Sequence record: OR805293.1
DNA: 64,000 nt
Strand: one strand, 5' to 3'
The translations under genes and the position numbers were made by a program. Positions 18,568 to 28,215 of this stretch are shown here, one piece after another. Under the pieces are notes generated by a model that saw only the letters and a program-made list of their open reading frames with translations, ran no database searches and had not been told where the DNA came from. Within the stretch, counting starts at the first letter, position 1. The number at the start of each line of letters is the position of its first letter.

Positions 18568-21252
18568 ATGGCTATTAAAAATTTTAGCATAAGTGGCATC
18601 GGACGCGATGTCCAGCTAGGCAAAAAAGGCGGCCGCCTCTCTTTTACAAGCGGTGTATTTGCATTCACTAGCGACCTGGGCGGTACTAACTATGCACCCG
18701 TTATAGGCGGAACACCCCTACAACCAGAACATTTAGCAACTAAAGCATATGTAGATTCTATAAGCGGCGGAATAAAACCACTCCAAAGTGTTTCAGTTTC
18801 TACACAACAGTCATATACTGTAGATGGTAATAATACTAATCCGGGAACAGGTGCAACTTGGGCTGCCGGTGTATTTAGTGATTTCCCCAGAACAGTAGAC
18901 GGCCATACACTGGAAATGGGAAGTCGTGTTTTAGTTAGACTAGAAGGTATAACTATAACAGGTGACACACCTACTGTCAACGATACCGGCGCAGCTAGAA
19001 ATGGTATTTATATTGTTACTAACGTAGACACGGAAAACAATACAGTTACATTAGACAGGGCACCAGATTCGGACGAAGATAATGAGTTTATATTTGGCTC
19101 ATATGTTCTTGTAGAAAACGGTACTTCTGCAGGTGACGGTTATACTTTAACTGCACAATACGGTGGTTCAGAAGTTACTCCTCCTAACCAGATGAACGTT
19201 GATCCGCAATTCTGGGTAAAATACACTTCTGCAGGTGCAACATATACTGCCGGCGCCGGCCTAGCGTTGTCGGATAACGAATTTTCGTTAAGTATTCCTA
19301 CTTTATCGGATTTTACAGGCACTGCTGCTGATACATTATCTCTAGCAGTATCTAACGGTACAACTAATAATAAATTAACAGTAAATAAATTATTTACTGA
19401 TTTAGGAGTTGTTACTGCGTTAGGACAAACCGATGGTGTTATAGTAAAATCTGGTTCTAGCTATGTAAGCAGAACTATAGTTGCAGATACTACTGGCAAT
19501 AAACTAGGTATTGCTGTATCTAATACAGACGGTTCTGCAGGAAATATAACAGTAGGGTTAGATGTAAATGGATTGACTGCCGTTTCCTCTGCACTAAACG
19601 ATACTGATGTCCTCCCAATATACGATGGAACTAGTAACAAAAAGGTTTCTATAAGCCAATTAGCTGCCGAATTTACATCTGGTTTTTCTTCTAATAGTAT
19701 TTCTCAATTAGACAGTTCTGTTGTAGTAACAGACACAGGATCTAACGGTACAATTACCTTTACTGCTGATAATACTGCTGTTGCTACTATTACTTCTGCA
19801 GGTCTTACTTCGTCTAATTTAACTGCAAGTAACTTAACTAGCGGAAGAATAGTACTGGCAGGAACTTCCGGTCATTTAGAAGATAACTCTGCTCTTACTT
19901 TTTCTGCAGGTATACTGAATGTAGGATCACTGACTGTAGATAGTGCTACTAGTACAATTTCTACAACAGAAACAAACGGAAACATAATTATTGCGCCAAA
20001 CGGTACAGGCGAAGTAGTAATACAAGGCAATGGTAATGCAGAAATAAGTGCAGAACTAGGTGAACAACTAAGTCTACGCGGTGACGGTGTTATTATAGGA
20101 AACACTGCAAACACAGTAGACTATATTACTGCAACAGAAACTAATACTATATTCTATTCTACATTAGCAAATAATATAGCTATTGCCGGTGCTGCTGCGA
20201 GTTCAAACCCGTCTATTACTGCATTAGGTTCAGATACAAACTTAGGCCTAAACTTAGGAGTAAAAGGCACAGGAAAAATTGTTGTTACCGGCGTAACAGC
20301 ATCTGCATATTCTTCTGACTTAACTGACGCATCGTTAGTTAACAAACTATATGTAGATACTGCTGTTTCGGGTGCTTCTGGCAATATAACAGCACTACAA
20401 ACAGAAGTAAATGCCATAGAGACATCTGTAGGATTAAACACTGACGGAACTCTTTCTGCATATACCGGAACAAACTATTTAGACTCTGCAACTAGTATAA
20501 AACAGGCTACTACTTTACTTGACGCACAAGTAAAAACTAATGCAGACGATATATTAGATAAAGCAGATCAAACAGAAGTAGATGCCATAGAGACTGCTGT
20601 TGGCTTAGGAACAGATGGTACACTAGCACCTTATACTGGAACAAATTATTTAAATTCTGCAACTAGTATAAAACAAGCAACTATTTTGCTAGATACACAA
20701 ATAAAGACCAACGAAGACGACATAGCACTAAAAGCCAACCAAACAGAAGTAGATGCTATAGAAACAGGCGCTGGACTCAATACAGACGGTACTTATACTG
20801 CTGATGCAACTACTAACTATATAACTACTGCTACAAGTTTAGCTAATGCAGACAAGTTATTAGATGCACAGATTAAAATTAATACCGATGCTATTGCACA
20901 ACTGGGTTCTGCTGCAGGTTCAGTTCGTACTGTAAAATTAGAAAATATTCCGTTTGATACCGATAGTTCGACTCCCATAATAGAAGGAACTGATCTGCCT
21001 GCAAACGGCATTACTATCAATAGTATAATATTTAAAGTAAATACCGCTGCTGATACTGCTGCATGGGCTACCGTAACTCATAATTCGGTTACACTAGCAT
21101 CAGATACAACTAATGATCCGGAAGTAGTAGGATTGTATCAAGTCGATGTGTTCTCTGATTCAGTCGCTGGACAAGATATAACACTAACTATAGCTGCACA
21201 TGGTGCAAGTACAGGTACTGTTACTGTATTACTCCAATATACAATTCTATAA
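18568..21252 (+). CDS. Putative virion fibre/structural protein (894 aa)
   Basis: QLGKKGG N-domain, HLATKAYVD motif, three QTEVxAIETxxGLxTDGT repeats, T/S/A/G-rich. Confidence 0.65.
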   Translation: MAIKNFSISGIGRDVQLGKKGGRLSFTSGVFAFTSDLGGTNYAPVIGGTPLQPEHLATKAYVDSISGGIKPLQSVSVSTQQSYTVDGNNTNPGTGATWAAGVFSDFPRTVDGHTLEMGSRVLVRLEGITITGDTPTVNDTGAARNGIYIVTNVDTENNTVTLDRAPDSDEDNEFIFGSYVLVENGTSAGDGYTLTAQYGGSEVTPPNQMNVDPQFWVKYTSAGATYTAGAGLALSDNEFSLSIPTLSDFTGTAADTLSLAVSNGTTNNKLTVNKLFTDLGVVTALGQTDGVIVKSGSSYVSRTIVADTTGNKLGIAVSNTDGSAGNITVGLDVNGLTAVSSALNDTDVLPIYDGTSNKKVSISQLAAEFTSGFSSNSISQLDSSVVVTDTGSNGTITFTADNTAVATITSAGLTSSNLTASNLTSGRIVLAGTSGHLEDNSALTFSAGILNVGSLTVDSATSTISTTETNGNIIIAPNGTGEVVIQGNGNAEISAELGEQLSLRGDGVIIGNTANTVDYITATETNTIFYSTLANNIAIAGAAASSNPSITALGSDTNLGLNLGVKGTGKIVVTGVTASAYSSDLTDASLVNKLYVDTAVSGASGNITALQTEVNAIETSVGLNTDGTLSAYTGTNYLDSATSIKQATTLLDAQVKTNADDILDKADQTEVDAIETAVGLGTDGTLAPYTGTNYLNSATSIKQATILLDTQIKTNEDDIALKANQTEVDAIETGAGLNTDGTYTADATTNYITTATSLANADKLLDAQIKINTDAIAQLGSAAGSVRTVKLENIPFDTDSSTPIIEGTDLPANGITINSIIFKVNTAADTAAWATVTHNSVTLASDTTNDPEVVGLYQVDVFSDSVAGQDITLTIAAHGASTGTVTVLLQYTIL

Positions 21253-21264
21253 GTTGTTTTAAAT

Positions 21265-21294
21265 TAAATAAAGGGCCCTAGGGCCCTTTATTTA
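21265..21294. terminator. 30-bp perfect palindrome / terminator
   Basis: taaataaagggccctagggccctttattta. Confidence 0.85.
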
Positions 21295-21330
21295 TGTATA
21301 AACAGAGCAGATCACAAAACACAATAAACT

Positions 21331-21338
21331 CATAAATA
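21331..21338 (+). promoter_or_regulatory. Late promoter motif CATAAATA
   Basis: Upstream of the holin leader. Confidence 0.55.
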
Positions 21339-21364
21339 CTTTCGTATAGTAAAATACTATGCAC

Positions 21365-21407
21365 AGGAGTTCCTGCTCGGAGTAGAAGCTCCGAGCAAGG
21401 GGTTCTT
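21365..21407 (+). promoter_or_regulatory. Leader stem-loop occluding the upstream RBS of the holin
   Basis: tgctcggag-tagaag-ctccgagca 9-bp core, extendable with G-U pairs over the AAGGGG RBS. Confidence 0.55.
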
Positions 21408-21409
21408 TC

Positions 21410-21751
21410 GTGAGGAAACAAAAAATGTCAGAGAACACTAAACCCCTAACTTCAGACAAAATGCTTAATTGGAAACCGCTGGCGGCATTAGTCTACTTGT
21501 TTATCTGCGTTATGGATTTTGTTGTTATGCCGGTCCTAGTCCATCAATACAACAAAGAAATGTTATCTAAAATTTCTAATTTATCTGAACAAAATCTTGT
21601 TCTAGAAAAAACAGAAGTTTTAAAATTACAGAAATGGGAACCATTAACATTACAAAACGCAGGGTTGTTTCATATTGCATTTGGCACTATAATAACAGGT
21701 GCGGCAGTGTTTGGCGAAATTAGACAACGTACCAAATCATCTGGCTCTTAA
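21410..21751 (+). CDS. Putative holin
   Basis: Small membrane protein: WKPLAALVYLFICVMDFVVMP...WEPLTLQ.AGLFHIAFG pattern of a phage holin family; basic C-tail; late promoter. Confidence 0.6.
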   Translation: MRKQKMSENTKPLTSDKMLNWKPLAALVYLFICVMDFVVMPVLVHQYNKEMLSKISNLSEQNLVLEKTEVLKLQKWEPLTLQNAGLFHIAFGTIITGAAVFGEIRQRTKSSGS

Positions 21752-21918
21752 AATGAACAATACATACACAGTTTTAACCATTCGGGGTTTTGGTAGAACT
21801 TAAATAGAATACCCAAGCCCAGACCAGGCTTAAGTATTTTTAATTAATAGCTGACAGTCACACATACCATTGTATCACATATAGCTACTTGGTGCAAGAA
21901 TACAAGTCGGAATTTGTT

Positions 21919-21944
21919 AGCTGACCCGTTTGGGTCAGCTCTTT
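21919..21944 (+). terminator. GC-rich hairpin / terminator
   Basis: agctgaccc-gttt-gggtcagct-cttt. Confidence 0.6.
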
Positions 21945-21958
21945 AATTGGATTAGACA

Positions 21959-22531
21959 ATGAGCATACTTACTTCTATATTAAATAATACCTTAAATTCA
22001 GTAGTGTTTGTTTATGGTAGAATGAATCCCCCTACAATAGGGCACGGAAAAGTTATATCAGAAATGCTAAAGATAGCAAAAGAATATAATGCTGCGCATT
22101 GTGTGTTTTTGTCTCATTCTTCTGGAAATAAAAAAAATCCATTACTTTGGGAAGAAAAAGTATCATATATGAAAATGTTTTTTCCCGGGGTAAATATTAA
22201 CGAATCTAAAATAAATAATCCGTTTTCTGCATTAGATTTACTTTCGAAAAAATATAAACACGTAACCTTTATTGCAGGAAGTGATAGATTAGAAGATTAC
22301 AAGAGAAATATGCCTGCATATGCAAAAAGTATAGGCATAGAATTAGATATAATATCGTCTGGTAATAGACTAGAAGAGAGTACTTCTATAGAGGGTGTAA
22401 GTGCGTCTAAAGCAAGAAAATTAGTCTTAGAAAACAACTTTGAACTATTTTCTGAATTAATACCATCTGACGATATTGCAGAAAAAAGAAATTTATTTTT
22501 GCTGCTTCAAACTAGATTAATGGATAATTAA
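21959..22531 (+). CDS. Cytidylyltransferase-like (HxGH) nucleotidyltransferase
   Basis: GRMNPPTIGH, AGSDR and SASKAR motifs typical of T4-like phage cytidylyltransferases. Confidence 0.8.
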   Translation: MSILTSILNNTLNSVVFVYGRMNPPTIGHGKVISEMLKIAKEYNAAHCVFLSHSSGNKKNPLLWEEKVSYMKMFFPGVNINESKINNPFSALDLLSKKYKHVTFIAGSDRLEDYKRNMPAYAKSIGIELDIISSGNRLEESTSIEGVSASKARKLVLENNFELFSELIPSDDIAEKRNLFLLLQTRLMDN

Positions 22532-22533
22532 AT

Positions 22534-23481
22534 ATGTTGAAAATAAAAGGAAGTCCATCCGTAGGCAAAATATCAGCAACAATTAATAGACCGTTTTTAA
22601 CTAAAACCTTAGTTACTACGATGCCACAAAACATTGCAAATTTTACTGCAGGATATGGTGGCGGAATGTTGCATATATTCGGGGGCGAAGCTGTTCCTAG
22701 TGTAGGCCAAATACAAATATATAGACGATACAATATAGCAACTAATACTTGGTTAAGTCCTAGCGGAAACATAGGAGCCTGGGCATGGGGAGGAGGCGGC
22801 TATTACAATGGAAGTTTTTGGGCGCTGTGTGGTTCTAACAATGGATATAATACTTCGTATTTTCAGATAAACCCTTCCACTGCAACAGGTACACGATATA
22901 CAGATATGGCCGGCGGTTCTAGAGGACAAGGAAGAACCGCATCAGTAGATAATCTAAACGTATTTGTTATAGGAGGTATTGGGCAAAATAATATAACAAA
23001 TGCATTGTGTTATAGATTTAATGCTAGTACAAGAGCATGGACAGTAAGAACAAGTATGCCATCGCCAAGAAATGGTCATACCATAGGATCGTATAACGGG
23101 AAAATATATGTACTAGGTGGCTGGAACGAAACATCAAACAACCTTTCAGACGTTCTAGAATACAACATATCTACTAATACGTGGACAACTTTACCCACTA
23201 CAATACCCGGAGCACCTTCTAGCTGGTTCGGCGGGTTTGTATATAAACAATATGCTGTATACGGCGCGTCATCATCTTCTAATACGCTTTTATTTAAAAT
23301 ATTAGATTTAAATAAAATGACATGGGAAATTTTAGATACTGGGTTGCCTCGCCGCTGGTCTGCAGAATATGTAGTTACAGAAACCGGTGTATATATGATA
23401 GGCGGTAGTAGTTCTTATCCCGGCGCTGCCAACTATTTTACTGCCCCTAGATATAACGAAATATATTTCTTCAAAGGTTAA
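22534..23481 (+). CDS. Kelch-repeat beta-propeller protein
   Basis: Repeated GG...Y/W units, e.g. MPSPRNGHTIGSYNGKIYVLGG...VLEYNISTNTW. Confidence 0.8.
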   Translation: MLKIKGSPSVGKISATINRPFLTKTLVTTMPQNIANFTAGYGGGMLHIFGGEAVPSVGQIQIYRRYNIATNTWLSPSGNIGAWAWGGGGYYNGSFWALCGSNNGYNTSYFQINPSTATGTRYTDMAGGSRGQGRTASVDNLNVFVIGGIGQNNITNALCYRFNASTRAWTVRTSMPSPRNGHTIGSYNGKIYVLGGWNETSNNLSDVLEYNISTNTWTTLPTTIPGAPSSWFGGFVYKQYAVYGASSSSNTLLFKILDLNKMTWEILDTGLPRRWSAEYVVTETGVYMIGGSSSYPGAANYFTAPRYNEIYFFKG

Positions 23482-23483
23482 CC

Positions 23484-25394
23484 ATGAAATTAGGAAAATT
23501 TAATCATAACGGAAATTTACATATAAAATATAGACCGGCGCCGTTAGTCGATGTAGGTCCTGTCCTACAATATAAATTTCTAGCAAATGAACCATTAGAC
23601 GAAGCAACAGAATCGATGTCAATTTCGTCTGGCACAGTTTCTATACAAAATAGTTCGTTGTATACTTCCGGCAGCACAGTAAACAATTATTTCTATAGAA
23701 AATTACCTAGTATACTTAAAAATACCAAATTTACAATAGAACTGACAATAAGGTCAGAAGGCGAAATTCCGTCTACTAGTAATATAATAGGTACATGGAA
23801 TTCATCTAACGAATTTTGGTTGTTATCTGTAATTAACAACAATTTAGTATTTCAATGGAATAATGGAACTGCTACTGCCGGTACTAGACAAGTATTTACA
23901 TTCAGTAATGTACAAGTACCTTCAGACCAAGACGTTCATTTAGCCGTATGTAGAGATGACACTATGTTATATGGATTTGTAAATGGACAACTGGCAGGTT
24001 CGTTTGAAGTGTCATTTGCAGGACATACTAATGTTGTATCGGGGTCTATATTCTCTACAAGAAGCATGGCCACCACAAATAACTATTTTAATGGATATAG
24101 AAAAAATATTAGAATAGTAAATGACAAGGCATTATATGTTGCACCATTCACACTAGCTAGCGTAACTATGGCTGATGTAAAGCCAGACTACTATACCCCG
24201 GAAGATGCTAGCTTAGTAGTAGGTCAAATAACATGTAAACGAAATTCATTGTTCCAAGAAACTATGAATACTCCTACTTTACTACTTACGGGTTTATCTA
24301 ATTCTACAACAGGACGATTTGTAACAACTACTAATAATACTTCTGGCTTCCAATTTTCTCCTGTAACAAATTGGCAATCGGGTGATTATACAATAGAATT
24401 ATATATAAACTTATCTACAGTAGGCGCAGGCGGCGCCATACTAATAGGTCAATGGACATCTTCGGGTGGCACTGACATCGGATGGTCTATTTCTATGCAA
24501 CAAAACGGAAGCGTCAGGCATTTCTATTCCACTGACGGATTATACGACCAAGCGAACGGTAACTCTGGAGTATTGCAAGCACCCAATGGTACTTTGGTAT
24601 TAAACAAAGATACCCATGTATGTGCAATGCGGAAAAATGGGGTAATAGGATTATTTGTAGATGGTGTTAGACTAGCCCAGGTAAACGAGGCAAGGCCACT
24701 ATGGAATAGTCAAATACCTATTAGAAACACATGGACTGCGCCAGCAGATGGTTATGCATTAGCAGAACGCTGGAATATAAGATGTATTTCTAAAGCAATG
24801 TATGATATAAACGGTTTCGTTCCACCGGTTCGTTTACCTACATTTCCCAATTTATTAACAAATACAGGTAGTTATTCGCGCTCTGTATTGTCTGGCACAA
24901 CTACTACAGCAGATGTTATGGGAAATATTATACAATTTAATTCCTCCGGACAAACATCCGGCGGCGGCTACCAAAAATATTTTATATATGGTTCTAAAAA
25001 AGTAGAAATAATAGGAAATACCATATCTTCAGATTCAACACAACAAATGAGATATGGCTTAACAAACACAACTCCTACCACATTTGCAGAGTCAGAATCT
25101 GATTTTAATTCCGGTACATTCCCATATGCGTATGCTGATAGAATTAACAGTGTCATTCAAATAGTTAAACAAGGTAGTGTTATAGGTAGTTTGCCTCATT
25201 CTACTGCCAACCACACCTTTAAAATAACATATGATTTCGAAAATAATCAGTTTACTTATGAAGTTACTTCTGGCACTGCACAAGGACAATCTGTTACTAC
25301 AAGTCTAGATTCTACAATAACACAGAATACTAAGTTTGCAGTATGTGGGACCAAATCTAATATACAAATAACTTCTGTAAAAATACAACAATAA
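23484..25394 (+). CDS. Concanavalin A-like/LamG domain protein, probable virion lectin
   Basis: Two LamG-like units (FTIELxI...HLAVCR...FVNG...; YTIELYI...HVCAMRKNG.I.LFVDG). Confidence 0.75.
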   Translation: MKLGKFNHNGNLHIKYRPAPLVDVGPVLQYKFLANEPLDEATESMSISSGTVSIQNSSLYTSGSTVNNYFYRKLPSILKNTKFTIELTIRSEGEIPSTSNIIGTWNSSNEFWLLSVINNNLVFQWNNGTATAGTRQVFTFSNVQVPSDQDVHLAVCRDDTMLYGFVNGQLAGSFEVSFAGHTNVVSGSIFSTRSMATTNNYFNGYRKNIRIVNDKALYVAPFTLASVTMADVKPDYYTPEDASLVVGQITCKRNSLFQETMNTPTLLLTGLSNSTTGRFVTTTNNTSGFQFSPVTNWQSGDYTIELYINLSTVGAGGAILIGQWTSSGGTDIGWSISMQQNGSVRHFYSTDGLYDQANGNSGVLQAPNGTLVLNKDTHVCAMRKNGVIGLFVDGVRLAQVNEARPLWNSQIPIRNTWTAPADGYALAERWNIRCISKAMYDINGFVPPVRLPTFPNLLTNTGSYSRSVLSGTTTTADVMGNIIQFNSSGQTSGGGYQKYFIYGSKKVEIIGNTISSDSTQQMRYGLTNTTPTTFAESESDFNSGTFPYAYADRINSVIQIVKQGSVIGSLPHSTANHTFKITYDFENNQFTYEVTSGTAQGQSVTTSLDSTITQNTKFAVCGTKSNIQITSVKIQQ

Positions 25395-25419
25395 GTCCTT
25401 TAAATTAGGAAAAATTTCA

Positions 25420-25448
25420 TTGACTAACTCCGTTTACACTAGTATAAT
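25420..25448 (+). promoter_or_regulatory. sigma70-type promoter
   Basis: TTGACT-17bp-TATAAT. Confidence 0.85.
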
Positions 25449-25474
25449 ATATGCAATGTTTAACGGAGTTAACA

Positions 25475-25750
25475 ATGACTGACATTAATCCAAATTCTCG
25501 CCATTATTCTGCTGAAGACGTCCGGCGAATTAAACAGTTAGTTTCCGAAGGCATGCAAGTCATGCAAGAAATTGAAGATTTAAAAACCGGACTAGCAGAA
25601 ACAGTTAAAGCAATTGCAGAAGAAGTAAATGTTAAGCCTTCCCAGCTTAATAAAGTTATTAAAATCGCACATAAACGTTCTTTAAACGAAGAACTAGATA
25701 AGATTAACGAAGTAGAAGAGATTCTAGACGCAATTAAAGAAGGTCGTTAA
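25475..25750 (+). CDS. T4 DsbA/GapR-like dsDNA-binding protein
   Basis: Helical ~91 aa protein; ATG 25475 with GGAG RBS; similar layout to T4 DsbA (IEDLK..L.E..K...EE..V....LNKVIK..HK). Confidence 0.6.
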   Translation: MTDINPNSRHYSAEDVRRIKQLVSEGMQVMQEIEDLKTGLAETVKAIAEEVNVKPSQLNKVIKIAHKRSLNEELDKINEVEEILDAIKEGR

Positions 25751-25762
25751 TATTTTCAAAAC

Positions 25763-25787
25763 AAGCCGTGCTTTTGCGCGGCTTTTT
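25763..25787 (+). terminator. Intrinsic terminator between the dsbA-like gene and polB
   Basis: aagccgtgc-tttt-gcgcggctt followed by Ts. Confidence 0.75.
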
Positions 25788-25803
25788 ATTTTGTAGGACA
25801 ATT

Positions 25804-28215
25804 ATGTACATCGATATTTTCGAAGATAAGAAAAATGAAATACTTCTAGTTGCAGAACGATCTGCAGGCAAACGAATATACAAACAATACCCTATAGATC
25901 ATACATATTACATATTAGATGCAAACGGACCGTATAAAGATATATTCGGTAATAATGCTAAAGCAATTAAGCCATCTAGCATAAATGAAAAAATGACTCA
26001 AATGAAAATGCTAGATTTTTCGCAAACGTGCGAAATAGACGTCAGGCCAGAATTTAGATGCCTGGAAGTAAACTATAAGAATGCACCTATGCCAGATTTA
26101 CATGTTGCATTCTTCGATATCGAGACCGCGTTTGATCAAAAACGCGGTTATGCCGACCCGGCCGATCCTTTTAATCCCATTATATCAATATCTGTATATT
26201 TGCAATGGATGCAGCAAATGGTTTGCTTAGCATTAGCACCGGAGACTATATTACCAGAAGATGCACAACGCATAGCATCAGAAGTAGGCGAAACAATTAT
26301 ATGTAAAAATGAAAAAGAAATGCTAAGTATGTTTATTGACTTAGTAGAAGATGCAGATATTTTATCAGGTTGGAACTCAGAACGTTTCGATATTCCTTAT
26401 ACTTTTAACAGAATTGTAAAATTATTAGGTAAGAATGAACTAAGAAAATTATGCCTTTGGAATCTTATGCCCAAGAAGCGCAATATTGAACAAGAAGGCG
26501 GCAGTAGTTTTGTTACATTCGAAACGTTTGGTAGAATACATTTAGATTATCTTCAATTATATAAAAAATATAATTACGAAGAACGTCATAGTTACTCGTT
26601 AGATTCTATTTCGGAAATTGAACTAGGTGAACGAAAAGTTCCATACAACGGAACATTAGACAAACTTTATAAATATGATTTTAAAAAGTTTTTAGAATAT
26701 AACATTCAAGATACTCGACTCCTAGATAAGTTAGATAGAAAATTAAAATATATAGATCTAGCTTCCACTATTGCACATAGTAATTGCATTCCTATCCCTA
26801 CAGTTATGGGTGCAGTAGCTACAACCGAACAAGCAATTATAATCGAAGCACATAATAACGGCATGGTAGTGCCATCTAGGCAACGTTTTAAAAATAATGA
26901 TACACTTAAAGCTGCAGGCGGCTGGGTAGCATATCCTAAAGTAGGACTGCATAGAGATATTGGCTCCAGTGACTTAAATTCTCTGTATCCTTCTGTGTTA
27001 AGGGCACTAAACATGAGCCCAGAAACTATTATAGGACAAATTCGGTTAACACTTACTAACCCTGCAATCGAAGAATGGTGTGCAAAAGGCGGAACAAAAC
27101 ATACATTTGCTGCATGGTGGAACGATAGGTTTACCACTTTAGAAATGGAATATGTGTTAAACAAAGACAGGGGTACTATATTAACGTTAGATATGGCAGA
27201 CGGGCGCTCGTTTGAACTGTCAGGTGCCGAAATATACGAATTAGTATTCAACAGTGGTCAGAATTGGCATATCAGTGCTAACGGAACTATATTTACACAA
27301 GACAGAGCAGGTGTAATTCCGTTACTACTTACAAGATGGTATGCAGAACGTAAAGGGATGCAGAAAATTGCATCAGATTATAATTCTTTAGATAAAGAAC
27401 ACCATAGCGACAAAACTGTATTTTTAGAAGATAAATCGGTATTAGATGGAATATGCGTAGGCGAAGTTGAATTAGCAGACCATTATAATATTAATGATGT
27501 ATATGTTGCAGCTACATTAAAAAATCTTGTCGAATCAAAAAATTGGCAAGAAGTAGCAATATATATGAAAAAGTATGGATTAGAAGTATCGTCTGACAAT
27601 TCAATTGTTATGTCAGATTCCCATATGCAAACCGAATATTACGAATATTGGGATAAAGCCCAGTTAGTTCGTAAAATTGGATTGAACAGCTTATATGGCG
27701 GACTACTTAACGAACATTCTAGATTCTACGATAAAAGACTAGGACAGAGTACTACACTCACAGGGCGCTGTATCACTAGACATATGGCATCTAAAACAAA
27801 CGAAATGTTCACTGGCATTTACGATCACGAAGGCGATTGTGTAATTTATGGCGATACAGATAGTGTAGATGGATCAACTATCCTAAATACTTCTCTAGGT
27901 AAAATAACTATAGAAGAGTTGTTTAATGTGTCTGACAAGCATGTAGTTCATGCAGAAAAAGAATTTGCTTCGAATGAAGATGTTATGGTAATGTCGTGGG
28001 ACAATTCTGCAAAACAACCATATATGGGGCATATAAACTATGTGTACCGCCACGAAGTAGAAAAAGAGTTATTCGAAATAGAAGACAACAACGGAAATAA
28101 AGTTATTGTAACCGAAGATCATTCTATTATGGTTATACGTAATGCAGAACTACTAGAAGTTAAGCCCGCAGAGTTAACAGACAGTGATATAATATTATCT
28201 ATTGTATATGAATAA
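25804..28215 (+). CDS. polB: Family B DNA polymerase, N-terminal part fused to split-intein N fragment
   Basis: Exo I FFDIET, Exo II GWNSERFDIPY, Exo III YNIQD, motif A SDLNSLYPS, motif B KIGLNSLYG, motif C truncated YGDTD followed by intein sequence; ATG 25804 has AGGA RBS. Confidence 0.95.
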   Translation: MYIDIFEDKKNEILLVAERSAGKRIYKQYPIDHTYYILDANGPYKDIFGNNAKAIKPSSINEKMTQMKMLDFSQTCEIDVRPEFRCLEVNYKNAPMPDLHVAFFDIETAFDQKRGYADPADPFNPIISISVYLQWMQQMVCLALAPETILPEDAQRIASEVGETIICKNEKEMLSMFIDLVEDADILSGWNSERFDIPYTFNRIVKLLGKNELRKLCLWNLMPKKRNIEQEGGSSFVTFETFGRIHLDYLQLYKKYNYEERHSYSLDSISEIELGERKVPYNGTLDKLYKYDFKKFLEYNIQDTRLLDKLDRKLKYIDLASTIAHSNCIPIPTVMGAVATTEQAIIIEAHNNGMVVPSRQRFKNNDTLKAAGGWVAYPKVGLHRDIGSSDLNSLYPSVLRALNMSPETIIGQIRLTLTNPAIEEWCAKGGTKHTFAAWWNDRFTTLEMEYVLNKDRGTILTLDMADGRSFELSGAEIYELVFNSGQNWHISANGTIFTQDRAGVIPLLLTRWYAERKGMQKIASDYNSLDKEHHSDKTVFLEDKSVLDGICVGEVELADHYNINDVYVAATLKNLVESKNWQEVAIYMKKYGLEVSSDNSIVMSDSHMQTEYYEYWDKAQLVRKIGLNSLYGGLLNEHSRFYDKRLGQSTTLTGRCITRHMASKTNEMFTGIYDHEGDCVIYGDTDSVDGSTILNTSLGKITIEELFNVSDKHVVHAEKEFASNEDVMVMSWDNSAKQPYMGHINYVYRHEVEKELFEIEDNNGNKVIVTEDHSIMVIRNAELLEVKPAELTDSDIILSIVYE
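27862..28215 (+). mobile_element. Split intein N fragment (117 aa, Ser1, no cysteines)
   Basis: SVDGSTIL (block A) directly after YGDTD; INYVYRH; VIVTEDHS (block B TxxH); VKPAEL; then stop. Confidence 0.93.

Noticed and set aside
25768-25803. GTG start for polB given by the ORF track
   Set aside because: Lies inside the terminator hairpin; ATG 25804 has a proper RBS.
27360-27650. Apparent insertion in the polymerase fingers domain
   Set aside because: Length is comparable to the long fingers subdomain of T4/RB69-type polymerases; no intein motifs.
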